The notes under the pieces: model-generated
What the model saw: only the letters and a program-made list of their open reading frames with translations
Told to the model about the DNA's origin: nothing
The model's database searches: none
Shown: piece after piece, positions 1 to 13,292 of the stretch
How the letters are laid out: the number at the start of each line of letters is the position of its first letter
Position numbering within the stretch: the stretch's first letter is position 1
Made by a program: the position numbers and the translations under genes
Assembly: GCF_006345805.1 (NCBI RefSeq)
Contig: NW_021837028.1
Span: 17,724-81,723, forward strand
Origin: Octopus sinensis
Taxonomy: Eukaryota
Length of the DNA stretch: 64,000 bases
Direction: 5' to 3'

Positions 1-2006
1 GCACTCAAGATGACTACAAAAATCTACAAGAACAGGTATGGGAAGACATCTCAATCGCCGACCTAAGGAGGGCACTAACGAAGGCTCATAAGTGGAAATC
101 CCCTGGTATTGATAGAGTACCAAATTTCTGGCTCTCATCACTCTCGTCCGCACACAAAATGTTGGTAATACTATTTAATAGTATTATGAAAGACCCGGAA
201 AAAACACCACATTGGATGGCAAATGGTATTACTTACCTCCTCCCCAAAAATAACAAAACGAAAGACCCAAAAAACTACCGGCCTATAACATGTTTATCTA
301 CTACCTATAAGATTTTGACATCTATTCTAGTAGAGAAAACATATAACCTCTTCCCCACTGAACAAAAAGGATGCAGACGAGGCTCATACGGATGCAAAGA
401 TCAGCTCCTAATTAATCGCATGATCCTTGAGAACTGCCACAACAAGCGCAGAAATCTCAGCTCTTCATGGATTGATTATGCCTTTGACAGCATACCACAT
501 TCGTGGATTCTGAAATCGCTGGACATTTTCAAAATTTCTCCTGTGATTTCAGATTTTTTAAAGTATAATATGTCACTATGGAACACGAAGCTCCAATTAT
601 ATCATTTCATCCATTTCATCCATAACATGATAAGCAATCCAAAGATTTTGATGAAAATTTTAGAAAAACTTTTCAAAGATTTTTGTGAAAATTTTGAAAA
701 AATTTCACAAACGTGTGATGAAAATTTTGAAAAACTTTTGAAAAAGTTTGATGATAATTTTGAAAAAAATTTGCAGAGGAAGTTGATGAAAACATTAGCA
801 TAAACTGTGGGATTTTCCAAGGTGACTCACTTTCACCACTAATTTTCTGCATAGCACTAATACCACTCTCAAGTGAACTGAATAGAACAGGATATGGCTA
901 CAAAATTGACAACAGAAAAATAAGCCATCTATTTTATATGAATGACTATGGCAAAGATGATGAAGAGCTTGAAGGATTATTACATACAGTGAAAGGATTC
1001 AGTGATGATATCGGGATGGAGTTTGGCCTTGAAAAGTGTGCCAAAGCCACTTTTAAGAAAGGGAAATTGGTAAAGTCTAGTTCAATCGAATTAGATGTCG
1101 AAATAGTAATAAAGGAACTTGAGCAGGAACAAACCTATAAATACCTAGGGGTAAATGAAGGCTCTGGTATCCAGCATACAAGCATGAAAGAGAAGGTTAG
1201 GAAAGAATGTTATAGAAGAGTTCGAGCAGTCCTGAAGTCTGAGCTGAATGCATATAATAAGGTGTTAGCCATAAATTCCTTAGCAGTACCAGTTGTTCTA
1301 CATAGCTTCAATGTGCATAACTGGAACACAAGTGAAATAATGAAAATTGACAGAAAAATCCGCAATTATAATAAGATGCACCATCCAAAGGCAGACGTGG
1401 ATCGCCTTTACCTTCCCAGAGCTCAGGGAGGTCGAGGTTTGATCCAGCTTGAGCTTACATACAAGACCACCACAATCGGACTGGCCAAATACCTTGAAGC
1501 AACCAACGATTGGATGCTAAAACTTGTTGAAAAACATGAAAGACTGAAAAACTTCACTCTATTCTCAGAGCAAAAAATTCGCTTCTGATCTCTTAGATAC
1601 CCACCAGATTGATCAGGCTGAAGGAAATACGCCAACTGCAGCTGCAAAGAAAATAAAATTAATTGCAAAGACAAAGGCACATGAAAATTTAGCTAGCAGA
1701 TGGGAACAGAAACCTCTCCATGGCAAGTATGTGACCCGTAGCGAACAAGCTGATGTCGACCAGAAACACACGCACCAATGGTTACGAAGCTCAGGGCTAA
1801 AAGCAGAGAGTGAAGGTTTCATATTAGATGCTCAAGACCAAAGCTTATTAACTCGGAACTACCAAGCCAATGTGATGAAAAATGGAGCTGACCCAAAATG
1901 CCGATTCTGTAACGATGAGATTGAAACAATAGACCACCTAATCTCAGGGTGTAGAGTCTTCTCTGTCCTAGGTATATGGAAAACACTCGGCGAGAAACGG
2001 AAGAAA
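1..2006 (+). mobile_element. Decayed Dong/R4-clade non-LTR retrotransposon (RT plus CCHC finger; endonuclease domain not seen)
   Basis: Translated motifs KSPGIDRVPNFW, NYRPITCLSTTYKILT, EQKGCRRGSYGCKDQLLIN, WIDYAFDSIPHSW, CGIFQGDSLSP, FYMND (mutated YMDD), YKYLG, GGRGL and KCRFCNDEIETIDHLISGC. Frameshifts and a ~150-bp insertion break the ORF. It ends in a (TAA)n tract and lies in a GPCR intron. Confidence 0.88.
644..792. repeat. Degenerate GAAAATTTT-type repeat inserted in the RT domain
   Basis: Repeated gatgaaaattttgaaaaa units lie between RT sequence (...ISNP) and (ISINCGIFQGD...). Confidence 0.8.
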
Positions 2007-2021
2007 ATAATAATAATAATA

Positions 2022-2075
<54 letters not shown>
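2007..2075 (+). repeat. (TAA)n tract at the 3' end of the Dong/R4 element
   Basis: Near-perfect TAA run directly after the element. Confidence 0.95.
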
Positions 2076-2077
<2 letters not shown>

Positions 2078-2255
2078 TGTCTTCCATGAAATTCCTTCTT
2101 TATTCTTTAATTTCAAATTCAAACTTCGGATCTTGTCAAATTCTCTGAAGAAATGCTTATCTCCCTTGAACTAATTGTCCTCTAGTAGGTAATACATGAA
2201 ACTCTTTCATTTATCAAAATATTTCTTAAAGTGTTGCCGTGTTTCCTTTCTCCAG

Positions 2256-2365
2256 GCTAGTACCTAGCGACTGGGTCCAAGTGAAAGCAATGATCGACGT
2301 CCTTCTACATCTGAACTGGACATATGTATCCTTACTTGGTAGTGACACCAATTACGGACGTCTCG
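2256..2365 (+). CDS. Class C GPCR, VFT exon (first exon in window)
   Basis: tttctccag| acceptor and |gtaagt donor. Encodes (R)LVPSDWVQVKAMIDVLLHLNWTYVSLLGSDTNYGRL(G), the class C motif R-x-x-PSD...Q...NWTYVS...YG. Starts in phase 2, ends in phase 1. Not in the ORF track. Confidence 0.93.
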
Positions 2366-2649
2366 GTAAGTAGCTCACAAATTAGATAATTGATCGCCGT
2401 TTCCTCGTGTCCGAAGATCATGAAGTACAGTGGCACACCTTCAAATAATCATGTAAGCCAATTCTTGTAGGACTTTACTTCCTGCCTATGGCTTAGGTGT
2501 TTTAGACTGATAATCAGTCCACGTAATCCAATTTCACTCTTTTGATTTCAGGTTTGACTCAGCGGGTAAGACGGAAAGTTGTATGTTTTGCATTAGAGAG
2601 GCCTTTTCCTATGTGAATTGTCTTACAGGGCTTGAGGGTCCAACTTACT

Positions 2650-3090
2650 GTGCCGAAAAATTTTTGCGTAAAATTTTCGAAAAATATTTGGTGAATATTT
2701 TCGGTGAAAATTTTCGAAAAATCTTTGGATAAAATTTTTGGCGAAAACTTTCGAAAAATTTTTGGGTAAAATTTTCGAAAAATTGTTGGTGAAAATTTTC
2801 GGTGAAAAACTTTTCAAAAATTCCGATGAAAATTTCAGAAAAACGTTTGGTGAAAAATTTTGGTGAAAATTTCAGAATAACTTTTTAATGAATTTGGTGG
2901 AGCGTTTGAAATACTTTTCAAAGGAATGCGATGAAAATTTTGAAAAACTTTTCAAAGTGTTTGGTGAAAATTTCAGGAAAAGTTTTCGAATAATTCCGTG
3001 GAATTTTCAGAAAAACGTTTCAAAGATTTTGGTGAAAATTTCGGAAGAACTTCTCAAAGATTTTGGGGAAAGTTTTTGAAAAACTTACAT
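2650..3090. repeat. Degenerate GAAAATTTTCG-type tandem array
   Basis: Dozens of imperfect ggtgaaaattttcgaaaaa units. Confidence 0.85.
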
Positions 3091-3784
3091 TCTTTCGAAA
3101 TACCTCGACAAAATCAAACACTTCACTTCGAGTATTTCCGTGGAAGCAAATGACAATTCGATTCTGTTTTCTGCTTGGACATTTGCGGATTTTACATACA
3201 CACATGAAACAGGTAAGAACAAATATGCAAGGATTTTTTTTTATTCAAGTTTAAAATAAGACATTGCTGGTATAATTTCGTTATATCCGTGGGTTGTGGA
3301 GACAACCCACGGAAATACCCGAAGTAAAATATCTCGACCTTGTCGAGCTATATCGAAGGAATGCCGACATGCACATATATGCGTGTGCATGTTCTTTTAT
3401 ACATTTGTGTTTTCATTGTTGCAAATGCATCTCGCACTGTGACTAGTCTGTTCTGTTTCCCAATCGACTATTGCTTATATGGCGTGACTGTAAATTTTTA
3501 TGCATTGCATTAGTTAATTTATCAGTGTTATTTCAATATAGCGGGGTGATAGTTATGGATAAGATAAACAGTCCATTATATTAATATTGTGGTGTGTATA
3601 CATGTAGTGGGTGCAAATGGACAGAAGGGCTTGTGACCAAGTCCACTTATTGTTGGTAAAAATATATACATTTACAAAAAATTTTATGTTGCTGATGTTT
3701 GCTACATGCAACGTGTATTATTATTATATATAACGAGTTGTTCAAGCTGAAAGACATGCATTATATAAATCCATTCTACAATAG

Positions 3785-4363
3785 GCACGAATCCTAAAAT
3801 TCTGGAGTAGAGCTTAGCCGATTGCATTTCCCCAGTATTCGACTTGTGCATGCTTTAAAGGCTTCGAAAGGATGAAAGGCAAAATCGACTTCGGCGGAAT
3901 TTGAAAACAGAACGTAAAGAACTGGAAGAAATGCCGTTAAATATTTTTATTTCTTTATTGCCCACAAGGGGCTAAACACAGAGAGGACAAACAAGGACAG
4001 ACAAACGGATTAAGTCAATTACATCGACCCCAGTGCTTAACTGATGCTTCATTTATCGACCCCGAATTGATGAAAGGCAAAGTCGACCTCGGTGGAATTT
4101 GAACTCACAACGTAGCCACAGACGAAATACCTATTTTTTTATTGCCCACAAGGGGCTACACACAGAGAGGAAAAACAAGGTCAGACAAACGGATTAAGTC
4201 GATTATATCGACCCCAGTGCGTAACTGGTACTTAATTTATCGACCCCTAAAGGATTAAAGACGAAGTCGACCTCGGCGGAATTTGAACTCAGAACGTAAC
4301 GGCAGACGAAATACGGCTACGCATTTCATCCGGCGTGCTAACGTTTCTGTCAGCTCGCCACCT
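3785..4363 (-). mobile_element. tRNA-derived SINE family A, tandem units
   Basis: Reverse complement of head ggcggcgagctggcagaaacgttagcacgccggg and core gttcaaattccgccgaggtcgactttgcctttcatcctttcggggtcgataaattaagtaccag, repeated head-to-tail. Confidence 0.85.
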
Positions 4364-4724
4364 TAATATACACAATATATATTCTTTTATTCTATAGACA
4401 CAAGGCCCGAAATTTTGTTGGAGGGGCTCTAGTTGACTTCATCGAGTTCAGTACTTGACTGTTACTTACATTATTGACCCTTAAAGTACGAAAAGCAAAG
4501 TTGACCTCGACCAGAAGAAATGCCTTTTAGCATTTTGTCCGTCGCGCTAATGATTCTATGAGTTCACCGCCTTAATATACTCGTGTACAGTATATAATAC
4601 AAAGTATTTTCTTACATTTTAAACCGCTGGTACTCTAAGACTGGTATTTCGAATGCTGTATAATCACTTCAAGTCCGTTATATATTACTCTGCACGCGCA
4701 GTGACGTCATTTTATAGTTTAAAG

Positions 4725-4900
4725 CAGTACTTTGCAAACTTTTTCAGTTGCGGTTCACTTTTAGTTGCAGTTCACTTCAAAATTTGGCGGCACACCTGAA
4801 CTAAAAATATAACTGAATTATATTTAGGTTACACTGTGGCACACCTAACATCGTTTCGTGGTACACCAGTGAGCCGCAGCATACTGGTTGCGGGGCACTG
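4725..4900. mobile_element. hAT-type MITE
   Basis: CAGT...ACTG imperfect terminal inverted repeats. The 8-bp flanks gtttaaag and gcttaaag differ at one base (probable TSD). Confidence 0.5.
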
Positions 4901-5233
4901 GCTTAAAGTAATACACGAAACCTGGGCAGTTCTGTACACTCGACCTCGGTTGACAGCTGTAGTCATTACAGTAGGATTAATATTTTTGTGTGGGACTTAT
5001 CATGGAAGTATTATGGTGGCCTTTTAATATTTTATCATTTGCCATTGGACTAAGGCAATCCTGGGGCACTGCCGTGAAGTGTTTTAGTCGAAGAAATTGA
5101 ACCTATTACTAATTAAAAAACAAAAAGTTACTTATTTTATTATTTACTTTGCTGAACCGCTATGGGACGTAAACAAACTATCACCGGTTGTCAAACAGTG
5201 AGGGGGACAAACACACATACATACACGCACATA

Positions 5234-5667
5234 GGCGTAGGAGTGGCTGTGTGGTAAGTGGTTTGCTTACGAACCACATGGTTCCGGGTTCAGTACCACT
5301 GACTGGCCCCTTGGGCAAGTGTCTTCTACTATAGCCTCGGGTCAACCAAAGCCTTGTGAGTGGATTTGGTAGACGGAAACTGAAAGAAGCCCGTCGTATA
5401 TATATATATACATATATATATATATACACATATATGTATGTTTGTATATGTTTGTACGTCTGTGTTTGTCCCCGCAACATCGCTTGTCAACCGATAGTAT
5501 TGTGTTTACGTCCCCGTAACTTAGCGGTTCGGCAAAAGGGACCGATAGAATAAGTACTAGGTATACAATGAATAAGTCCTGGGGACGATTTACTCGACTA
5601 AATTCGGTGCTCCAGCATGGCCATAGTCAAATGACTGAAACAAGTAAAAGAGTAAAAAAGTAAAGAG
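5234..5667 (+). mobile_element. tRNA-derived SINE family B (CORE-like) with internal microsatellite
   Basis: Head ggcgtaggagtggctgtgtggtaag...gttccgggttcag, CORE-like ccttgggcaagtg, internal (TA)n after cccgtcg, tail gactgaaacaagtaaaagagtaa. Confidence 0.85.
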
Positions 5668-6242
5668 TACACGTATATATACAGAGAGGGGGAGGATGGA
5701 GAAAGTGAGAGAGAGAGGGAGGCGGAGAGGAGGACAGAAAGAGTGAGACGGAGAGAGAGTGAGCGAGTAAGAAGCCGAGCTTCCGCACAGTTTTCGTGAA
5801 TTAAATTCATTCACAAGCTGCTGATCATCCCGGGGCTAGAGTTGTACAGCTGCTCAAGGTAGCTTGCAGTGGGGCTGAACCTGAAATCACGTGGTTGCAA
5901 AGCAAGTTTCCTAATCTTACGGCTATACCTCTACAATTAGTGCTGATAGGGATGAATTCCATCGGTTATGGTGGTGGATGTGGATGTGTGTAAATTTATT
6001 GTTGAGGTGTTATGCTGTGGAGCGAGCGATGAGTTGGGAAAATTGTACAAGTAGGAGCAGAAGGCGCGAGAGAGAAGGTGGTAGAGGAATGAAAGAGAAG
6101 ACATCTGACGAGGAAGAGAAGAGCAACAGGAAGAAGCGTAGCATGCAATGATAAGAATGAAGAAAAAAAACTGTAAAGGAGGAAGAGGAGGAGAGAAGTT
6201 GGAGAAGAAAGAAGGTGAGAAGAAGTGGTAGTAACAGTAGTG

Positions 6243-6290
<48 letters not shown>

Positions 6291-6584
6291 ATATTTGAAG
6301 AAGAAGGCTAAATGAAATGCCTATTTTAGAGTTGCTAATAGAACCGTAAGGCGCGGTCAAGGAATGTCAAAAAGCAATGACGTCATCACAGCACTGATGA
6401 CAAAATTTCATGTCGAGTAAAAGCATTAAACAAGTCAGCACATTTATTCAGCTTAAATGGAAGACGGATATAATGTCATGCAAATATTCGTTCTGGTTAC
6501 TGAGGTCAGCTTTGTCATTTATCATTTTCGGTGTCGATAAATAAACTACCAGTTGGAGGAGATGCGTTGCAGAATCTTTAAAAA

Positions 6585-7187
6585 GGCGGCGAGCTGGCAG
6601 AAACGTTAGCACGCCGGGTGAAATGCGTAGCCGTATTTCGTCTGCTGTTACGTTCTGAGTTCAAATTCCGCCGAGGTCGACTTTGCCTTTCATCCTTTCG
6701 GGGTCGATAAATTAAGAAGCAGTTACACACTGGGGTCGATATAATCGACTTAATCCGTTTGTCTGTCCTTGTTTGTTTGTCCTCTTTGTGTTTAGCCCCT
6801 TGTGGGTACTAAAGAAATAGGTATTTCGTCTGTCTTTACGTTCTGAGTTCAAATTCCACCGAGGTCGACGTTGCCTTTCATCCTTTTGAGGTCGATTAAA
6901 TAAGTACCAGTTGCGCACTGGGGTCGATATAATCGACTTAATCCGTTTGTCTGTCCTTGTTTGTTTGTCCTCTTTGTGTTTAGCCCCTTGTGGGTACTAA
7001 AGAAATAGGTATTTCGTCTGTCTTTACGTTGAGTTCAAATTCCGCCGAGGTCGACTTTGCCTTTCATCCTTTTGAGGTCGATTAAATAAGTACCAGTTAC
7101 GCACTGGGGTCGATATAATCGACTTAATCCGTTTGTCTGCCCTTGTTTGTCCACTCTATGTTTAGCCCCTTATGGGCAATAAAGAAA
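6585..7187 (+). mobile_element. SINE family A, three tandem units
   Basis: Head followed by three ~184-bp core units. Confidence 0.88.
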
Positions 7188-7636
7188 TGAGAATCTTTAT
7201 GCTTTGCATTCAAATTCCATCTTGGTGTAGATAACAAGAGCTAATTAACTAATTACCAATTATAATAGTCAATCACATAGTCAATCCCACAATTGGCCAA
7301 CACGAACAGGGTAGGCTACAACTGGTTCAGATACGCCGACCAAAATCATGCTGAAGGTTCGTCTACCGATAAATCAATAACAGCTGACTGAAAATGGAAA
7401 GAAATGGATTTCGGTTGATATAGAATGGTGAAAGTAACTTATTCTTTTATTCCAGCGGTCGCATGTACACATCGTTGAAAAAGCCTAAACAGGCCCAGTT
7501 ACATTAATGCTTGTTCTCGTAGCTGACTTCTATGACTTTTCGTCTCCCTCCGATATTTATTGTATTATTTATTGAAACGCAGTGTTTCTATGATATTTAT
7601 CTCAGGACGAATATCACAGTAACTGACGTATTAACA

Positions 7637-7692
<56 letters not shown>

Positions 7693-7699
7693 TATATAT

Positions 7700-7790
7700 A
7701 TAAAACTTAGATATGTTTCGACCAAAGATTGGTCTAGGCCATGTCTAACTTAACAACACCACCTGATGACTTAATAGTACCACCTGATAT
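7700..7790 (-). mobile_element. 3' end of a CR1/L2-type LINE
   Basis: Reverse complement matches the LINE tail at 12790-12870 (gttagacatggcct.gaccaatc.ttggtcgaaacatatctaagttt). Confidence 0.6.
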
Positions 7791-7807
7791 ATAGATAGAT
7801 TGATATA

Positions 7808-7860
<53 letters not shown>

Positions 7861-7869
7861 ATATATATA

Positions 7870-8759
7870 TTGGGTCATCGCATAAATAATGCGGTTTTTC
7901 AATTGCACGAACTGGAAGTCGGAGGTGGACGGGATACCTCCATCAACTTGCTATAGGAGCAGGTAGTAATTTTATCTTGTCCTTATTCTTAGTGGAAATT
8001 TTGAAGAGTGCAGTTCGATTTTAACAGTTATTTTTTCAAAGCTATAATGGAAGTGACAAAGGGATATATTCGGCATATTTTGCTTTATGAGTTCCATAAA
8101 GGCAACAGCGCAACGGAAAGTGAGAGGAATATTAAATGCAGTATATGGGGATCGGACAATAAGCGTAAGGCAGTACTAACGGTGGTTCCAGAAATTCCGA
8201 GCCGGAAACTACAGCTTAGAAAACGAGCCTCATCCTGGAAGATTTGTAGAGCTCGACGAGAACGTCCTGAAAACCCTGGTGGAACAAAATCTCATCGTAA
8301 CCTTTGAGGAACTAGCAGAGTAGATTGGATTTGCATGCCATCGGAAAGCGACCATCTTGGTTTCAAGACGAAAGGTGTACTTCCATCAGGATAATGCTCA
8401 TCCACATACATCGAGGATGACATTCCAAAGGCTGGAGCAGTTTGAATGTGAAACGATGCCCCACCCACCATATTCGCCGGACAATGGACATTGCCTCATT
8501 TGATTATCATTTATTCCGCAGTCTTCAAAATCATTTAAACGGAAAAAATATGAATTCTGTAGACGAGGTCAGAACAGTACTGGAGGAATATTTTTTGTTA
8601 AATGAATTTTGTAAGTGGAGCCTTGTAGGTCTACCAGATAGATGGAAGATCTTTGTAGAAAATGAAGGAGGGTATATTTTACATTAAAAACGAACTTTGT
8701 TTATCTTAATTTTGAAAAATAAAAGTATAAAAACCCGCATTATTTATGGGATGACCCAA
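7870..8759 (+). mobile_element. Mariner (DD34D) transposon, internally deleted
   Basis: ~28-bp TIRs ttgggtcatc(g/c)cataaataatgcgg with TA target duplications. Transposase remnants IRHILLYEFHKG, WFQKFRAG, DNAHPH, PHPPYSP and DYHLFRSLQNHL, frameshifted. Confidence 0.92.
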
Positions 8760-9018
8760 TATATAAATCTTTTATTCTTTTATTTGTTTCAGTCATTTGA
8801 CCGTGGCCCTGCTGGGACACCGCTTTGAAGAATTTTAGTCGAATAAATCGCCCTCAGTGCTTTTTTTAAAGCCTGGTACTTATTCTATCGGTCAATTTTG
8901 CCGTACCGCTAAGTCACTTGTGTTTATCTGCTTTTCTATCTCTAAACATACATACACACACGCGCGCGTACACACGTACACACTCATATGTGTATGTATA
9001 TATATATATATTTTGCAG

Positions 9019-9209
9019 GTTTAGCTTTGTTGGAATATGAGGCTGCTAAAGTGGATATAAAAATAGCTATGAAAAAAACATTCAGTTACAGTTCCGCACC
9101 GCAAGTTGCTGAAGATATTATGGCATATATCAACAGTAATCCTATTGTGTCTAAGAGCAAGGTTTTTATCATCTTTGCGTCACCACACGAAGTCTACCGA
9201 CTGCTAAAG
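9019..9209 (+). CDS. Class C GPCR, VFT exon
   Basis: ttttgcag| acceptor and |gtaaca donor, phase 1 to 0. Encodes (G)LALLEYEAAKVDIKIAMKK...SKSKVFIIFASPHEVYRLLK. Confidence 0.9.
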
Positions 9210-9800
9210 GTAACATAAAAAAAAATTATTCTCATAATTTATTCTCTCCGAATCCCTTTTTTTAAAAAAAATAGCTAATTATTTTCCTTTCGTTTGTCAT
9301 TTTCTTATCGTTATTCTTTGAATCTTATTTGTTTGGTTTCAATTGTGCCTTGCCTGAAGATAATGAGTTTATATGATTCGACCAGCTATCAATTTTAAAA
9401 TTATGAAAACTATCAAGAGAAGTATAAAACAAGTTTATCATAGTGGGAATTTTTCGACAATATATTCAAATAAAATTGGAATCGATCTGGCGTTTAAAGC
9501 CAACTGGAAAAAACAATGAACAGAATGCCGTTAAATGTTTGCCCGCCATGTTAACCATTCAGCTAGCTCGACTCTTTAGACGCCCGAACATATTAAAATG
9601 TATGTGTTTCATTTTTCTCTTTAAGGTTAAACTACTTCCTAGTACGATACTATTTCTGTTTGTCTTAAATTGTGGCATAAATACTCTTTGGTGAAAAAGT
9701 TTGCTTGAAATTTCCATTTTCTCTAAAGTGTACAGATAATGCATTTGTTTAAATAAAAACCGATAACGATTTTGTTTTTTTTTGCTTTTCTTCCGCGTAG

Positions 9801-10467
9801 ATATTTCAGAAATTCAATTTTTCGGACATCACATATTTCGCATCAGAAAGTTGGACATTAAATAAAAGAATTTTGGATCTTGATGTCAGTATTATTGAAG
9901 GCACTCTGGGGTTGCGTCCTTATTCCGAAACTCCAACCGATTATCAATCATATTTGGAAAGCCTGTCTTTAAAGGACGTCACAGAGTTAGATACTTGGTT
10001 TCAAGAATATCTCATTATTAAGCACATTTGTTCCAATATTACTCTACAAAACGAAACGAACTGGATACATGATGAGATACCTCAAATAGGTCACCGCCAT
10101 TTTCAAGAAGCATGCTTTCGTCATTTGCAGTCGAGTGGAAAATCAAGGGAATTGTTCGATTACCTAATGTTGAAGAAAGTACCATTCGTATTGGACGCAG
10201 TATATGTTATTGCGCATGCATTACATAAATTACTGTGCAATAACGGTTCCTGTCTGAAGAGGTTTATTTCAAACAAAGAAATATTTGAAATGATAAAACA
10301 AACAAAATTTGACGGTCAGTCCGGCTTTATTGAGTTTAACGAATTTGGAGATATTTCTGGAGAATTCTCCTTGTTCAATATACAGAAGAAAAAAGACGGC
10401 CAGTTGTTCTACAGAAAAGTTGGGCATTGGAATTGTTCACATTTAGTTATGGACAGGAACGATATCG
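9801..10467 (+). CDS. Class C GPCR, VFT exon
   Basis: ttccgcgtag| acceptor and |gtaaga donor, phase 0 to 1. Encodes IFQKFNFSDITYFASESW...GTLGL...KVPFVLDAVYVIAHALH...FDGQSGFIEFNEFGD...YRKVGHW...DI. Confidence 0.93.
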
Positions 10468-10825
10468 GTAAGAAATTTCGTAAAATATAAATACAGTTCT
10501 AAATTTGTGTTCTCTCTCTCATGCACGCATACATACACACACAGACACACCTACTTATATATATTATATATATATAATAATAATATATATATATAATTAT
10601 ATATATATAATATATATATATATATACCCTTATAAGACGCAAAAAGTTGCCAACAAGCGGCTACGGGAGTCGAAACAGTGCCCTCCTGTAGTCACTTGCT
10701 GGTAACCTTTTTACGTCTTATCAGGAAGAAAAATATTGTCTTTCACTGTTGTTCTTACAACCTTACTGCGTTCGAAATATACTTTCGTGTCTGTAAAATA
10801 CCAATCACAATCGACGCTTCCAAGT

Positions 10826-11480
<655 letters not shown>

Positions 11481-11482
11481 TA

Positions 11483-11708
11483 CAGGGTTGGTCAAATCTT
11501 ACTTGACAGTAAATCAAACTATTTAATTCCAAGATTAAAACAAAAAATATTTTATATGAGACTTCGCTAATAAATAGACACGTTGAAAAAAACGGCCATT
11601 TTAACACACACCATTCAATTATCAAACATTCATAATTGGAATGAATAAATAAAATTGAATATTTTATGGAATTTTGATTTACTGTCGGGTGACTTTTGGC
11701 CAACGTTA
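11483..11708. mobile_element. Tc1/mariner-type MITE
   Basis: Imperfect TIRs gttggtcaaa...gacagtaaatcaa / ttgatttactgtc...tttggccaac in a TA context. Confidence 0.55.
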
Positions 11709-12454
11709 TATTTATATATACAAATATGTGTGTTTGTGTATACAGAGGCCACTCACTCTAAGTTACTGTCGTGCTGATGATACTAAACGGTAGGTGACAT
11801 TTGGAGTGATTTTTGTTCGTGAAATTATCTCATCTTCTCATGGGGAACTAACTGTTCACAATTACCGTTTGATGGTTATCTCCATATTATCTCCATGTCG
11901 AGAGATATGGAGATAATTAAAATAAACCAAAAATTCATGTTCATATACATGCTACAAGTAATTCTGAGTATTATTTCTCTTAGCTCATGTGTTATATATA
12001 TATATTTACATAATATAAAATGATAAAAATTGTTAAAAATTTTATTACTGACCAGCATATAAAAAAGACATATTAAGGTAAAAGTATAAATAAGGACATA
12101 GAAAATAATTTTCTTTGCCCATATGCTGAAAAGAGACGCTAAATCGTCCAATCACGTTAAATATCTTCACTATTATTATTACACGCGTGTGGAAACGAGG
12201 AAGCAAGCCAAAAGGAATTCAAAAAATTGAGTTATCTTTGGATGGGACCAATTTCTGGATTAACCTAAAAGGTTTCTCCTTCACCACCAGAGAACACCAG
12301 GAAATAAATAAAATACTTATACATACCAACAGAAAAGATAATTAAGGTGGCTCAACAATTTAGCATCTGTTTTCAGCGTAGAGGCAAAGAAAATTCTTTT
12401 CCTATGCCCCTATCTATAATTGTATATATATATATATATATTTATATACATATA

Positions 12455-12875
12455 CCGCCAACTTTGCCCAAACGACCTGAACATGAGCTTCAAGGTTCAT
12501 CCAAGACTGGGACCACGGGCCATACGTCCCCTGCCCAATTCAAGATCACAGCATACATGTACACTACAACATAATTTCTTTTCCTCAACAGGCTCTGCCC
12601 TATTTAACATTGTCCCGAAAGAGATCAAAGAGGAACAGGATCCCATCAACTTTAAACGGAGTCTGGACAGATTCCTTCAAGGAATACCAGATAAGCCACC
12701 CATAATTGGATACAACTCACTCAACAAAAACTCACCACTTGAATGGACCATAAACAAAACTTGACTTAAACAGGATTCAAATAATCCTATCAAGTGGTGC
12801 TATTAAGTTAGACATGGCCTGGACCAATCATTGGTCGAAACATATCTAAGTTTATCTAAGTTTATCTAAGTTTAT
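12455..12875 (+). mobile_element. 5'-truncated CR1/L2-type LINE (ORF2 C-terminus and 3' tail)
   Basis: FSSTGSALFNIVPKEIK...FKRSLDRFLQGIPDKP, followed by a (tctaagttta)n tail. Confidence 0.75.
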
Positions 12876-13292
12876 ATATATATATATATATATATTGTTT
12901 AATAAACACAGTATTTATTTTTATGAGCTACTAAGTGTTTCATGCGACGAAAACGACTCCATTTTATAACACGTCTGATGCCTTCATGTAATCTTAAGTC
13001 TGTGGTCACGTGGTATGTTTCAAACTAAAACAGGACGATAGAATAAGAGAAAATATGAGAAACCTATAGTTTAAGGTTATTTCTTTGAAAACGCTGTCAT
13101 TTTTGATGGCACGGGTAAGCTAGTATATATATTTATACATGTGTGCGTATGAGTTTACCGTATCCACCGACACACACACACACGTGTGTGTGTGTGTGTG
13201 TGTGTGTGTGCATGTATATGAATACATGTGTTTGTGTGTGTAAATGTACATGTATAATATCCATTAATTTAAGGATTTTCTTCGTTTTGTAG

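Noticed and set aside
6010-6360. 116-aa Leu/Phe-rich minus-strand ORF resembling a membrane peptide
   Set aside because: Derived from (GTA)n and GA-rich low-complexity sequence.
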